Origin: Macrostomum lignano
Taxonomy: Eukaryota
Reading direction: 5' to 3'
NCBI GenBank assembly: GCA_002269645.1
Contig: NIVC01000158.1
Location: 124,001-188,000 of the forward strand
DNA: 64,000 bases
Below are positions 12,542-26,083 of this stretch, piece by piece. Position 1 is the first letter of the stretch. Every line of letters begins with the position of its first letter. The notes below the pieces were generated by a model that saw nothing but the letters and a program-made list of their open reading frames with translations, was not told the origin of the DNA and searched no databases. The translations under genes were made by a program, and so were the position numbers.

Positions 12542-15242
12542 CTGTCTTAGGCCTATGTCAAGTGTTGTTACTTATTTTTTATTAACACAATTAAATATAT
12601 ACATGTACTTCTTTTCTGAGTATAGAAATAGTCATTGTTTCTAGAAATTTTACCATATTGCATAAAAAAGATGACCTTATAAAATGAGTTGGGCCCACCA
12701 AATTTGTCAATCTCAAATTTGTCAACAGGTAGAAAATGTAAGTAATTGATGCCCCACTCCCAAATCTTACATGTATGTTAGAAAATTCTGGTGAGTGGTG
12801 TGCAACAGACCTTAAAAATGGTTGGCATAAAGTATCCTTCATAATAGAATTCTAGTAATAGTAGAGTAGCTTGCTTAATAAATAGGTACAAAATGAATGC
12901 AAGAACAAACATTAACTTGTTTTTATTTACTTTAATTTAATTGCCAATGCATTTCAACCCTTGTAGCCCATTGCCAGGGCAGTAATGAAATTTAAAGTTT
13001 TAATAAACAGTTGAATAAATATACCTATAATAATTTAAATATACAAGATCAATTAATATACATAGTTTTCAATTGAAACAAGTTTTAACATATAGTGCAG
13101 TAGCGTATACTCTAAGCTAAAACACACTGAGTTGGTGGCTGGCACCCCCCAATAGCTAGCTAGTAGTTTGGGCTCAGGTTTTGATCTTTGATACATATAG
13201 CCTCTAAGATGTTTAAAGTGTGCTCATGGTGGTATTGGCAACAATCAATAATCTTAAATAAGATTATTCTTTAGAAGGAAAATTACATTGAAAAAGAGAA
13301 AAATGCCCATAGCCTCTATTAGTAGGCTAACAAGTTCAGAATCAATATTTTCTGACTTTAGAATTCATGCTAGTAGCATTTTTGTAACTATATGATTTTG
13401 TCATACTTGTAATAATAATAATATAGGCATGGTTTTTGCTATATTTGGGATCATAAATCATTGTTTATAAGCTTGTCTGAGCCATCTGAACAATTGAAAT
13501 TAACATCTATATCCGCTCTTTTAATTTAGGAAAATATTCCATATTCCATACTTTTGCAAACATTCCATATCTGTTTCCACATCTGCATCCACTTCCACAT
13601 CTGTATCTGCTTCCAAATTTTAGTAGATGCCCAGAGTGAGCATATGGCGTAGCTATAAGCATACAAAAGACTAAAATTTTATAATCTAAAAAGGGTCTTG
13701 CATTATTGCAACACAATTTAATGGCATTGGGGGTCATTTTTCTGGCATACTGTATAATAGATTTGAGAATGTAGAATTGATAGAAGTCAAATTTATCAAA
13801 TAATAGTTCAAACAAGCTGAGCAAATTTGTCAACAATAAAATAGACTTAAAGTTGTTCCTGGCTTAGTTCAATAACATATCTTTTAATTTAATTAGTCAA
13901 TTAAAAGTAAAATTAGGCTACAATAAAGTTGTTTTATCTAAACTTTATCTTATGCTTTTCAAATGTGCTTTTTAAAACTGTTCAATCATTCTTAAATATG
14001 CATGACTATCTAATTTCTTTTGATTAAATATATTTTTCTATCAAATATCATATGGGCTTTAGTATAAAATCACTAAATAGGTAAACTAATTGGTCATTTG
14101 GCCAAAGAGTGTTATGTTCATTGATTACATGTGGTAAGAGACTATTGAATTAAAGATGAGCTAAGATAAGCTTAGTAGGCATTTGACTTGTCATTGTGTC
14201 ATTTGCATAGTTCTTTACAATGGCTTTTTAAAAAATGCAAAGCAAAATTTTGGGAAGAATGAAACTTTTACAAGCATTTAAAGAAAGCCTTGCATATAAT
14301 TTGCTTTAATTCATCAATGTAAAAAGACTTTATACCAAATTTGTCTAGATTGTTGCTAAAATTGCTTTTGTTGAATTTGTCCACATTATATTTTTGTTGC
14401 CCAATTTTTTTATCTCTGTTGTAAAAATTGAATAAGGCTGAGGACCATTAATTGAATTAGTAAATAAGAAATAAGAATTAAAGTGTTCACTAGGACACCT
14501 GCTATAGAAAGTATATATTTATTTGACTCAATGTCCCGCACTCTACAATGCAATAACCACCCCATAATTCACACTGAGGGGGAATGCCAAGTATACAACT
14601 GATGCCTCATAAGCTAGAAGGTATAAGTAGATACAACTAACCATGGAAATTGCTATTGCTAAATAAAGAAAGCAGAATAAAATAAAAGAATAGCTAGGAC
14701 CCCGATTGTTGATTTAATTGATTGAATCTTTCATAGATATTGTCTAGGTATAAAACTAAAATCTTGGTACTCTAACCCATTATTTGTAATATGATTATTC
14801 TTTACTTGTGTTTTGTTTTGTATTCTATATAACAAACAACTTTGGTTAATGCATTATATTAGAACAAGTTATTAGAGGAGAATTATTTAATTGATTTGTC
14901 TACAAAAAGATAATTCAAAGTTTAAATGCTAAACTAAACTGGTCATATATAAAAATGCAACTTGCATTTTTTCACAATCTTCTCAACTAACTAGAAAGAA
15001 ATCTATCCTTTGAACTTTTAAAAATATGTTTTTATGTCCAACTAATTAACAATTGGTAGCCTACTATACTTAAACTCAGCCTTTTGACATTAACAAACCA
15101 TAAGGTGTAGTCAATTTATTGTCTAAAACATTATGAACAATAATAGTGGCATTATCTAAATTTTAATTCTTGTCTTTTATGCTCATGGATAATATTTGTG
15201 TCTGAAATGTTAATTAAAAGGTGGCCTTTCCTGATTTCAGTC

Positions 15243-15353
15243 ATGGATGAAGTACCCTACCTAGTGGTAGGGACTGAAGTGAGTGCAAAGTACAGAGGTG
15301 CATTCTGTGAAGCCAAAGTGAAGCGAATTGATGAAAAGAAGGTGCAATGCAAG
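15243..15353 (+). CDS. ARID4: ARID4A/B-like protein, coding exon 1 (Tudor domain start)
   Basis: [27 protein letters not shown] matches the ARID4 N-terminus ([22 protein letters not shown]). Preceded by a TTTCAG acceptor at 15240. Donor GTAAAA at 15354, phase 0. Confidence 0.92.
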
Positions 15354-15493
15354 GTAAAACGCTTTTCTTTTGTAGCATTTTCTCATTCTCATTCCGGTTT
15401 TTAAACATTCTATGACATTTTTTCTTCACTTTTTCAACATGCTTACTAGTAGTAGCATAATTAATAAAATCAAATTAATGATCCACCGCTCAG

Positions 15494-16336
15494 GTGTACA
15501 TGAAGTCCACCCTGACCAGCTCTGTGGTCAGTCTAGACCAAATTGTTGCCGGTTCAGTTCGCGTCGGCGGCTCCGTCACCGTCCGGTTGAAAGAGTCCAA
15601 CGAGCCGGCCAGCGCCGAGGTGCAGAAGGTGCTGGACCAGAGCACCTACACCGTAGTGTTTAACGACGGCGACCAGCGTACGCTCAAGCGAACCCAGCTG
15701 GTGCTGAAAGGCGCCAGGCACTTTCAAGAGGACGAATCCTTGGACCGGCTGCCCCTCACTCATCCTGAGCACTTCGGCACTCCGGTTGGCGCCAAGTTGA
15801 GCGCTAAAAAGCGCCGACGCCGTGGTCGCCGCAACGACGACGATGGCGAGGAGGAGGAGGACGACGACGACGATGATGATGACGAAGAAGATGACGACAA
15901 CGACGGCGAGACCTCTTCGTCCGTCGACGCCGCCAAAAACGGTCAAGCGTCGCCGCCTAGGACGCGAAAATCCGCTGTCGGCTCTTCGTCAACGACGTCG
16001 TCGGCTGCGGCGGCGGCGGCGGTTGCTGCTGCTGCGGCGGCAGCGGCGACTCCGACTAATCGAGTCGGCCGGCCGCCGAGCCTCATCGACAAGCTGATCG
16101 GCCGGGTGATGATCGCGCAGCAGGGCGAGCAGCGGCGCCCCTGCCCTGTGCTGGTCTGCCTGCCGTCTGCTAATCCTGATCTGCCGGCCGGCCGGAAGTC
16201 CCTGCTAGTGCGCAGCTTCCGGGATAATAAATTCAGTCTGGCCGTTAAGAAAGATTTGAAACCGTTCACTCGCGAGAGGGCGATTAAATCCGATGATAAA
16301 GCGTTAAAAGCCGCTTTTGAGAAGGCGCTGCAGTGG
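15494..16336 (+). CDS. ARID4: ARID4A/B-like exon 2 (Tudor, acidic tract, RBB1NT/PWWP-like domain)
   Basis: YTVVFNDGDQRTLKRTQLVLKGARHF..ESLDRLPLTHPEHFGTPV and LLVRSFRDNKF are ARID4 motifs. CTCAG acceptor at 15493, GTGAGT donor at 16337, phase 0/0. Confidence 0.95.
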
Positions 16337-16399
16337 GTGAGTACTCTGTTCACTGTTGGGACTCTGGTTTCCGATCTTCTACTGCTTGCTTCGAACTAA

Positions 16400-19300
16400 T
16401 CCCGAATCTTCAGATATTCCTCACTTATCCCAAATCCTTAGATTCATTCCTCACTTATCCCAAATCCTCAGATTCATTACTCACTTATCCCAAATCCTCA
16501 GATTCATTCCTCACTTATCCCAAATCCTCAAATTCATTCCTCACTGATCCCAAATCCTCAGATTCATTCCTCACTGATCCCAAATCCTCAGATTCATTCC
16601 TCACTGATCCCAAATCCTCAGATTCATTCCTCACTTATCCCAAATCCTCAGATTCATTCCTCACTGATCCCAAATCCTCAGATTCATTCCTCACTTATCC
16701 CAAATCCTTAGATTCATTCCTCACTTATCCCAAATCCTCAGATTCATTACTCACTTATCCCAAATCCTCAGATTCATTCCTCACTTATCCCAAATCCTCA
16801 GATTCATTCCTCACTTATCCCAAATCCTCAGATTCATTACTCACTTATCCCAAATCCTCAGATTCATTCCTCACTTATCCCAAATCCTCAGATTCATTCC
16901 TCACTTATCCCAAATCCTCAGATTCATTCCTCACTTATCCCAAATCCTCAGAGTCATTCCTCACTTATCCCAAATCCTCAGATTCATTCCTCACTTATCC
17001 CAAATCCTCAGATTCATTCCTCACTGATCCCAAATCCTCAGATTCATTCCTCACTTATCTCATATCCTCAGATTCATTCCTCACTTATCCCAAATCCTCA
17101 GATTCATTCCTCACTTATCTCATATCCTCAGATTCATTCCTCACTGATCCCAAATCCTCAGATTCATTCCTCACTGATCCCAAATCCTCAGATTCATTCC
17201 TCACTGATCCCAAATCCTCAGATTCATTCCTCACGTATCCCAAATCCTCAGATTCATTCCTCACTTATCCCAAATCCTCAGATTCATTCCTCACTTATCC
17301 CAAATCCTCAGATTCATTCCTCACTTATCCCAAATCCTCAGATTCATTCCTCACTTATCCCAAATCCTCAGATTCATTCCTCACTTATCCCAAATCCTCA
17401 GATTCATTCCTCACTTATCCCAAATCCTCAGATTCATTCCTCACTTATCCCAAATCCTCAGATTCATTCCTCAATTATCCCATATCCTCAGATTCATTCC
17501 TCACTTATCCCAAATCCTCAGATTCATTCCTCACTGATCCCAAATCCTCAGATTCATTCCTCACTTATCCCAAATCCTCAGATGCATTACTCACTTATCC
17601 CAAATCCTCAGATTCATTCCTCACTGATCCCAAATCCTCAGATTCATTCCTCACTTATCCCAAATCCTCAGATTCATTCCTCACTTATCCCAAATCCTCA
17701 GATTCATTCCTCACTTATCCCAAATCCTCAGATTCATTCCTCACTTATCCCAAATCCTCAGATTCATTCCTCACTTATCCCAAATCCTCAGATTCATTCC
17801 TCACTTATCCCAAATCCTCAGATTCATTCCTCACTTATCCCAAATCCTCAGATGCATTACTCACTTATCCCAAATCCTCAGATTCATTCCTCACTTATCC
17901 CAAATCCTCAGATTCATTCCTCACTTATCCCAAATCCTCAGATTCATTCCTCACTTATCCCAAATCCTCAGATTCATTCCTCACTTATCCCAAATCCTCA
18001 GATTCATTCCTCACTTATCCCAAATCCTCAGATTCATTCCTCACTTATCCCAAATCCTCAGATTCATTCCTCACTTATCTCAAATCCTCAGATTCATTCC
18101 TCACTTATCCCAAATCCTCAGATTCATTCCTCACTTATCCCAAATCCTCAGATTCATTCCTCACTTATCCCAAATCCTCAGAGTCATTCCTCACTTATCC
18201 CAAATCCTCAGATTCATTCCTCACTTATCCCAAATCCTCAGATTCATTCCTCACTGATCCCAAATCCTCAGATTCATTCCTCACTTATCTCATATCCTCA
18301 GATTCATTCCTCACTTATCCCAAATCCTCAGATTCATTCCTCACTTATCTCATATCCTCAGATTCATTCCTCACTGATCCCAAATCCTCAGATTCATTCC
18401 TCACTGATCCCAAATCCTCAGATTCATTCCTCACTTATCCCAAATCCTCAGATTCATTCCTCACTTATCCCAAATCCTCAGATTCATTCCTCACTTATCC
18501 CAAATCCTCAGATTCATTCCTCACTTATCCCAAATCCTCAGATTCATTCCTCACTTATCCCAAATCCTCAGATTTATTCCTCACTTATCCCAAATCCTCA
18601 GATGCATTCCTCACTTATCCCAAATCCTCAGATTCATTCCTCACTTATCCCAAATCCTCAGATTCATTCCTCACTTATCCCAAATCCTCAGATTCATTCC
18701 TCACTTATCCCAAATCCTCAGATTCATTCCTCACTTATCCCAAATCCTCAGATTCATTCCTCACTTATCCCAAATCCTCAGATTCATTCCTCACTGATCC
18801 CAAATCCTCAGATGCATTACTCACTTATCCCAAATCCTCGGATTCATTCCTCACTGATCCCAAATCCTCAGATTCATTCCTCACTGATCCCAAATCCTCA
18901 GATTCATTCCTCACTTATCCCAAATCCTCAGATTCATTCCTCACTGATCCCAAATCCTCAGATTCATTTCTCACTTATCCCAAATCCTCAGATTCATTCC
19001 TCACTGATCCCAAATCCTCAGATTCATTCCTCACTTATCCCAAATCCTCAGATGCATTACTCACTTATCCCAAATCCTCAGATTCATTCCTCACTTATCC
19101 CAAATCCTCAGATTCATTCCTCACTTATCCCAAATCCTCAGATTCATTACTCACTTATCCCAAATCCTCAGATTCATTCCTCACTTATCCCAAATCCTCA
19201 GATTTATTCCTCACTTATCCCAAATCCTCAGATTCATTACTCACTGATCCCAAATCCTCAGATTCATTCCTCACTTATCCCAAATCCTCAGATTCATTCC

Positions 19301-22300
19301 TCACTTATCCCAAATCCTCAGCTTCATTCCTCACTTATCCCAAATCCTCAGATTCATTCCTCACTTATCCCAAATCCTCAGATTCATTCCTCACTGATCC
19401 CAAATCCTCAGATTCATTCCTCACTTATCTCATATCCTCAGATTCATTCCTCACTTATCCCAAATCCTCAGATTCATTCCTCACTTATCTCATATCCTCA
19501 GATTCATTCCTCACTGATCCCAAATCCTCAGATTCATTCCTCACTTATCCCAAATCCTCAGATTCATTCCTCACTGATCCCAAATCCTCAGATTCATTCC
19601 TCACTTATCCCAAATCCTCAGATTCATTCCTCACTTATCCCAAATCCTCAGATTCATTCCTCACTTATCCCAAATCCTCAGATGCATTACTCACTTATCC
19701 CAAATCCTCAGATGCATTCCTCACTTATCCCAAATCCTCAGATTCATTCCTCACTTATCCCAAATCCTCAGATTCATTCCTCACTTATCCCAAATCCTCA
19801 GATTCATTCCTCACTTATCCCAAATCCTCAGATTCATTCCTCACTTATCCCAAATCCTCAGATTCATTCCTCACTTATCCCAAATCCTCAGATTCATTCC
19901 TCACTGATCCCAAATCCTCAGATGCATTACTCACTTATCCCAAATCCTCGGATTCATTCCTCACTGATCCCAAATCCTCAGATTCATTCCTCACTGATCC
20001 CAAATCCTCAGATTCATTCCTCACTTATCCCAAATCCTCAGATTCATTCCTCACTGATCCCAAATCCTCAGATTCATTTCTCACTTATCCCAAATCCTCA
20101 GATTCATTCCTCACTGATCCCAAATCCTCAGATTCATTCCTCACTTATCCCAAATCCTCAGATTCATTCCTCACTGATCCCAAATCCTCAGATTCATTCC
20201 TCACTTATCCCAAATCCTCAGATTCATTCCTCACTTATCCCAAATCCTCAGATTCATTACTCACTTATCCCAAATCCTCAGATTCATTCCTCACTTATCC
20301 CAAATCCTCAGATTTATTCCTCACTTATCCCAAATCCTCAGATTCATTACTCACTGATCCCAAATCCTCAGATTCATTCCTCACTTATCCCAAATCCTCA
20401 GCTTCATTCCTCACTTATCCCAAATCCTCAGATTCATTCCTCACTTATCCCAAATCCTCAGAGTCATTCCTCACTTATCCCAAATCCTCAGATTCATTCC
20501 TCACTTATCCCAAATCCTCAGATTCATTCCTCACTTATCCCAAATCCTCAGATTCATTACTCACTTATCCCAAATCCTCAGATTCATTCCTCACTTATCC
20601 CAAATCCTCAGATTCATTCCTCACTTATCCCAAATCCTCAGATTCATTCCTCACTGATCCCAAATCCTCAGATTCATTCCTCACTTATCCCAAATCCTCA
20701 GATTCATTCCTCACTTATCCCAAATCCTCAGATTCATTCCTCACTTATCCCAAATCCTCAGATTCATTCCTCACTTATCCCAAATCCTCAGATTCATTCC
20801 TCACTTATCCCAAATCCTCAGATTCATTCCTCACTTATCCCAAATCCTCAGATTCATTACTCACTTATCCCAAATCCTCAGATTCATTCCTCACTTATCC
20901 CAAATCCTCAGATTCATTCCTCACTTATCCCAAATCCTCAGATTCATTCCTCACTTATCCCAAATCCTCAGATTCATTCCTCACTTATCCCAAATCCTCA
21001 GATGCATTACTCACTTATCCCAAATCCTCAGATTCATTCCTCACTTATCCCAAATCCTCAGATTCATTCCTCACTTATCCCAAATCCTCAGATTCATTCC
21101 TCACTTATCCCAAATCCTCAGATTCATTCCTCACTTATCCCAAATCCTCAGATTCATTCCTCACTTATCCCAAATCCTCAGATTCATTCCTCACTTATCT
21201 CAAATCCTCAGATTCATTCCTCACTTATCCCAAATCCTCAGATTCATTCCTCACTTATCCCAAATCCTCAGATTCATTCCTCACTTATCCCAAATCCTCA
21301 GAGTCATTCCTCACTTATCCCAAATCCTCAGATTCATTCCTCACTTATCCCAAATCCTCAGATTCATTCCTCACTGATCCCAAATCCTCAGATTCATTCC
21401 TCACTTATCTCATATCCTCAGATTCATTCCTCACTTATCCCAAATCCTCAGATTCATTCCTCACTTATCTCATATCCTCAGATTCATTCCTCACTGATCC
21501 CAAATCCTCAGATTCATTCCTCACTGATCCCAAATCCTCAGATTCATTCCTCACTGATCCCAAATCCTCAGATTCATTCCTCACTTATCCCAAATCCTCA
21601 GATTCATTCCTCACTTATCCCAAATCCTCAGATTCATTCCTCACTTATCCCAAATCCTCAGATTCATTCCTCACTTATCCCAAATCCTCAGATGCATTAC
21701 TCACTTATCCCAAATCCTCAGATGCATTCCTCACTTATCCCAAATCCTCAGATTCATTCCTCACTTATCCCAAATCCTCAGATTCATTCCTCACTTATCC
21801 CAAATCCTCAGATTCATTCCTCACTTATCCCAAATCCTCAGATTCATTCCTCACTTATCCCAAATCCTCAGATTCATTCCTCACTTATCCCAAATCCTCA
21901 GATTCATTCCTCACTGATCCCAAATCCTCAGATGCATTACTCACTTATCCCAAATCCTCGGATTCATTCCTCACTGATCCCAAATCCTCAGATTCATTCC
22001 TCACTGATCCCAAATCCTCAGATTCATTCCTCACTTATCCCAAATCCTCAGATTCATTCCTCACTGATCCCAAATCCTCAGATTCATTCTCACTTATCCC
22101 AAATCCTCAGATTCATTCCTCACTGATCCCAAATCCTCAGATTCATTCCTCACTTATCCCAAATCCTCAGATTCATTCCTCACTGATCCCAAATCCTCAG
22201 ATTCATTCCTCACTTATCCCAAATCCTCAGATTCATTCCTCACTTATCCCAAATCCTCAGATTCATTACTCACTTATCCCAAATCCTCAGATTCATTCCT

Positions 22301-22822
22301 CACTTATCGCAAATCCTCAGATTCATTCCTCACTTATCCCAAACCCTCAGATTCATTCCTCACTTATCCCAAATCCTCAGATTCATTCCTCACTTATCCC
22401 AAATCCTCAGATTCATTCCTCACTTATCCCAAATCCTCAGATTCATTCCTCACTTATCGCAAATCCTCAGATTCATTCCTCACTTATCCCAAATCCTCAG
22501 ATTCATTCCTCACTTATCGCAAATCCTCAGATTCATTCCTCACTTATCCCAAATCCTCAGATTCATTCCTCACTTATCCCAAATCCTCAGATTCATTCCT
22601 CACTTATCCCAAATCCTCAGATTCATTCCTCACTTATCCCAAATCCTCAGATTCATTCCTCACTTATCCCAAATCCTCAGATTCATTCCTCACTTATCCC
22701 AAATCCTCAGATTCATTCCTCACTGATCCCAAATCCTCAGATTCATTCCTCACTGATCCCAAATCCTCAGATTCATTCCTCACTTATCCCAAATCCTCAG
22801 ATTCATTCCTCACTTATCTCAA
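16400..22822. repeat. 30-bp minisatellite (CCCAAATCCTCAGATTCATTCCTCACTTAT), about 214 units, ARID4 intron 2
   Basis: Exact 30-nt periodicity with recurring variant units and a single 1-bp deletion near 22090. Confidence 0.99.
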
Positions 22823-22916
22823 ATGCGGCGTGTATTAGTATAGTTTTGTAACAAACTCAAACTACGTTACTGTTAGTAGAAAAAGAGGAGTATTTTTGTC
22901 AAATTATAATATACAG

Positions 22917-23791
22917 TTGGAGACTCGCGAGCTGCCCTACAACTGGTCTTGCTCCGACCTGATTGGCGAAGAGTCCGACTCCTCTGGCGAAGAATCCGAA
23001 GCTAGCAGCGTTGACGATCCCATCGAGCAGGAGGCTCAAGACCACTGGATTGCGCAACTGTACGGCTTTATGGACGATCGCAGCACGCCTATAGGCAAAA
23101 CGCCGGCAGTTGGTAATAAAGATTTGAATCTGTTCCGGCTGTACCACCTGGTGAAGCGATTCGGCGGCTACAATCGGGTTACTAGCCAGCTGAAGTGGCG
23201 CATTGTGCACAGCAAGCTGGGTTTGCCAGCTACCAGTTCCACTACTAAGCTCAAATCCGCTTATCAACGCTACCTGCTACCGTTTGAGGAGTTCGACAAG
23301 AAGCTCGGCTCTTCGTTCACCACCGGCATTGGCGGCGGCCTGCGCGGTCGATCGTCAATGTCGGCATCAGCGTCGGGCTCCGCGGCTGCATCCGCTGGCG
23401 CCTCTGCCGGTTCAGCGTCTGGCGCTGGCGCCGCCTCGTCCGGTATGGCGTCGCAGCACCTGGCTGGCGCGCCGGGCTCCTCCAGCGGCAGCAGCGGCCG
23501 CAACTTCTTGTCCGCCCGCGAGAAGCGCCAGTCCGGCCTGACTCCGGTGAAACGGCCGCGAGTTCAAGCCGCCGCTGCTAAGGCTAATAAGGAGGCCAAA
23601 GCTGCTAAGGAGGCTGGGAAAGACAAGGATGCCGCGTCGGTGTCTGCTGAATCGAACTCTACCGTGGCTTCCTCGTCGACTGCCGCCGCTACCGCCACTG
23701 CCAATCCTGCAGCTGCCGACTGCGCGTCATCCACTTCAACAGCAACTGCCGCCGGCCTACTGGATGACCAGGCTCCGCCTAGTCTGTCCAG
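22917..23791 (+). CDS. ARID4: ARID4A/B-like exon 3 (ARID/BRIGHT domain)
   Basis: LYGFMDDRSTPIGKTPAVGNKDLNLFRLYHLVKRFGGYNRVTSQLKWRIVHSKLGLP..LKSAYQRYLLPFEEF is an ARID domain. TACAG acceptor at 22916. Donor GTAGTG at 23792, phase 2. Confidence 0.93.
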
Positions 23792-23959
23792 GTAGTGCTA
23801 GTAGCTTTTTAATACATTTCTGAACTATATGGTATCTGTTGCATTGGCGACATCTTCGATATTTTAGAATATACCCCCAGCGAATATACTTGAAAATATC
23901 CGCCTCTAAACTACCGTCACATATTCAACAGAATAGGCCTTTATTTATCTTTAAAAAAT

Positions 23960-24570
23960 CTCCGAGAATCGCCCTCAAAGTCCTGAGCATCGTCTTCAAA
24001 TCAGAGAATCAGCCACTTTAAATCTCAGAGCATCAGCCTCAAGATCTTCTTAGAGAATCGCCCTCAAATATTTTCAGAGAGTTGTCATCAAATCTCAGAG
24101 AACGCCCTCAAATCTCTTCAGAGAATTGCCCTCAGATCTCAGAGAATCGCCCTCAAATCTCAGAGCATCAGCCTCAAATCTCCTTAGAAAATCGCCCTCA
24201 AATATTTTCTGAGAATCGCCCTCAGATCTCCTCAGAGAATCGCCCTCAAATCTCCCCAGAGAATCGCCCTGAGATCTCAGAGAATCGCTCTCAAATATCC
24301 TCAGAGAATCGCCTTCAAATCTCCTTAGATAATCGCCCTCAGATCACCTCAGATAATCGCCCTCAGATCACCTCAGATAATCGCCCTCAGATCACCTCAG
24401 AAAATCGCCCACAAATCTCCTCAGATCTCAGAGAATCGCCCTCAGATATTCTCAGCGAATCGTCATCAAATCTCTTCAGAGTATCGCCCTCAAATATTTT
24501 CAGAGAATCGCTTTCAAATCTCGGAGAATCGCTTTCAAATCTCGGAGAATCGCCCTCAAATCTCCTCAGA
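23960..24570. repeat. Degenerate 21-24 bp repeat (GAGAATCGCCCTCAAATCTC) in ARID4 intron 3
   Basis: Recurring AGAATCGCCCTCA core. Confidence 0.88.
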
Positions 24571-24616
24571 GAAACGCATTCATAGCTAAAATTTACCCTG
24601 AATAACCGACCCCCAG

Positions 24617-25157
24617 GTCCAGCAGCGTGTTCGAACGTGTCGAAGCGCCATCAAACGCCTCGGATGTCGCCACCGCTGCCAACGCAGCCAACAAGCTTGC
24701 CGATGCTGTTGAAAGTAAGGACAACGACGATGAAGGCAACTCGTCGGCTGGCAGCGGCGCAGGCGACGCCTACCAAGTAGACGACAAGGTGCGGGTCCGC
24801 TACGGCGAGCCCGGCCGCTACAAAGTCTACGACGGTAGAATTGTAAAGAGATCCTGGCGCGCCAATCGGGTCAGCTATCACGTGCACTATTTCGGCTGGA
24901 ATCAACGCTACGACGAGATTGTGACGCCCGATCGGATTCTCGGTCGCTGCCACCGCGGCCACGCTGTTGGCAGGCTCAACCACGGCCAGCCGCTGTCTTC
25001 GCTGCCGCCGCCGCCACCGCCGCCGCCGCCGCTTGCCGCGTCGGCTTCGAAGGCGAAATCAACGTCGAAATCGCCAGCCAGACTGCGGTCGGAGAGCGAG
25101 TCGCTGAGCAGTCCCAGCCCTGTGCAGGCGGATGTGCAGAAGGCCAGGCGAAGAAAG
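24617..25157 (+). CDS. ARID4: ARID4A/B-like exon 4 (chromo-barrel/Tudor-knot domain)
   Basis: KVRVRYG..YDGRIVK..YHVHYFGWNQRYDEIV is a chromo-barrel. CCCCAG acceptor at 24616 matches phase 2. The donor GTTGGT at 25158 (phase 0) is weaker, so the 3' boundary is less certain. Confidence 0.88.
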
Positions 25158-25930
25158 GTTGGTTTTGCTAGATGTATTGTTTTAATTTACTCAATTATAA
25201 GACTAAAAAGTTGGTGCGTCAAAAAACGGTACAACCGTATCAGAAATTGGAACTTAGCTTTGGATTTCAGACATTTGAGTGTGTGAGAAAATGTGACAAG
25301 AAACTGTTTTTTTTTAGACCCGAAAACTACAATCTAGTGCCCTTCGGGGCGCCGAATAAGCAAGGGAGGAAAATTATTAATGTGAATCCTTTAAAATGAA
25401 AGCACAATGCTCACAATGGCTATAAAGTTTATTTTCTGCTTGGCTTTAGCAAAAAGCGTATTTTTAAATACTTTTTCCCCCGCTAATGGCAATAAATAAT
25501 GAATAATCCCTTTTTCAGCGTGTTTACACAAAGAACAAGAAAAAATATGCATTACAATTTTTTAATTCGATACTCTGTATCTGTAATATCTACAATTGCA
25601 AAAAGTCATAAATTTGTTATGATGTTCTTGCAGAAGGCTTTGCCAACAAGATTTTTCATTAGTTTCAATCTTACTACTTGTCGGCTTGCTTTACTCTGCA
25701 TAGCTGGTCAGAGGCATTCACGGAGCATGTAAATTTTATGCATTATTACTAATGAGCATGTAGAAACAGTTATAACCCTCCTCCGTTTGCAACCGGGCTT
25801 GGGACCGGCTTTGGCGGAGTTAAAACCATCACAAGAGACTGACTATCTGGGGTTTGCAAAGGCTGCTTCAAACCCCCCTCTGGCAGCATTTTTGAAATAT
25901 TGATAACAACAACAACAACAAAATAGGCAG

Positions 25931-26083
25931 CCCTGCATTCAAGGTCACAGGCTAGGCGCGTCAGATGGCGCGCCGCAGAGCTTGAGAGCGCACAAAGTCC
26001 GCCCCGTTGGCAGTGTCGGGCGCCCCAGCGTTGAATCGAAGGCAGTCCACGCATCGACGGGTTGCCTGAACGGGCCCTGCAAG
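25931..26083 (+). CDS. Possible symmetric cassette exon of ARID4-like gene (51 aa)
   Basis: GC-rich open frame PCIQGHRLGASDGAPQSLRAHKVRPVGSVGRPSVESKAVHASTGCLNGPCK between CAG (25930) and GTCAGT (26084), phase 0/0. No recognisable homology. Confidence 0.3.

Noticed and set aside
16333-22851. 2172-aa and 1514-aa ORFs across the 30-bp array
   Set aside because: They are pure repeat translations inside a GT-AG intron of ARID4. The long ORF starts at a GTG overlapping the donor and is out of frame with exon 2. Stops are absent only because the unit length is a multiple of 3.
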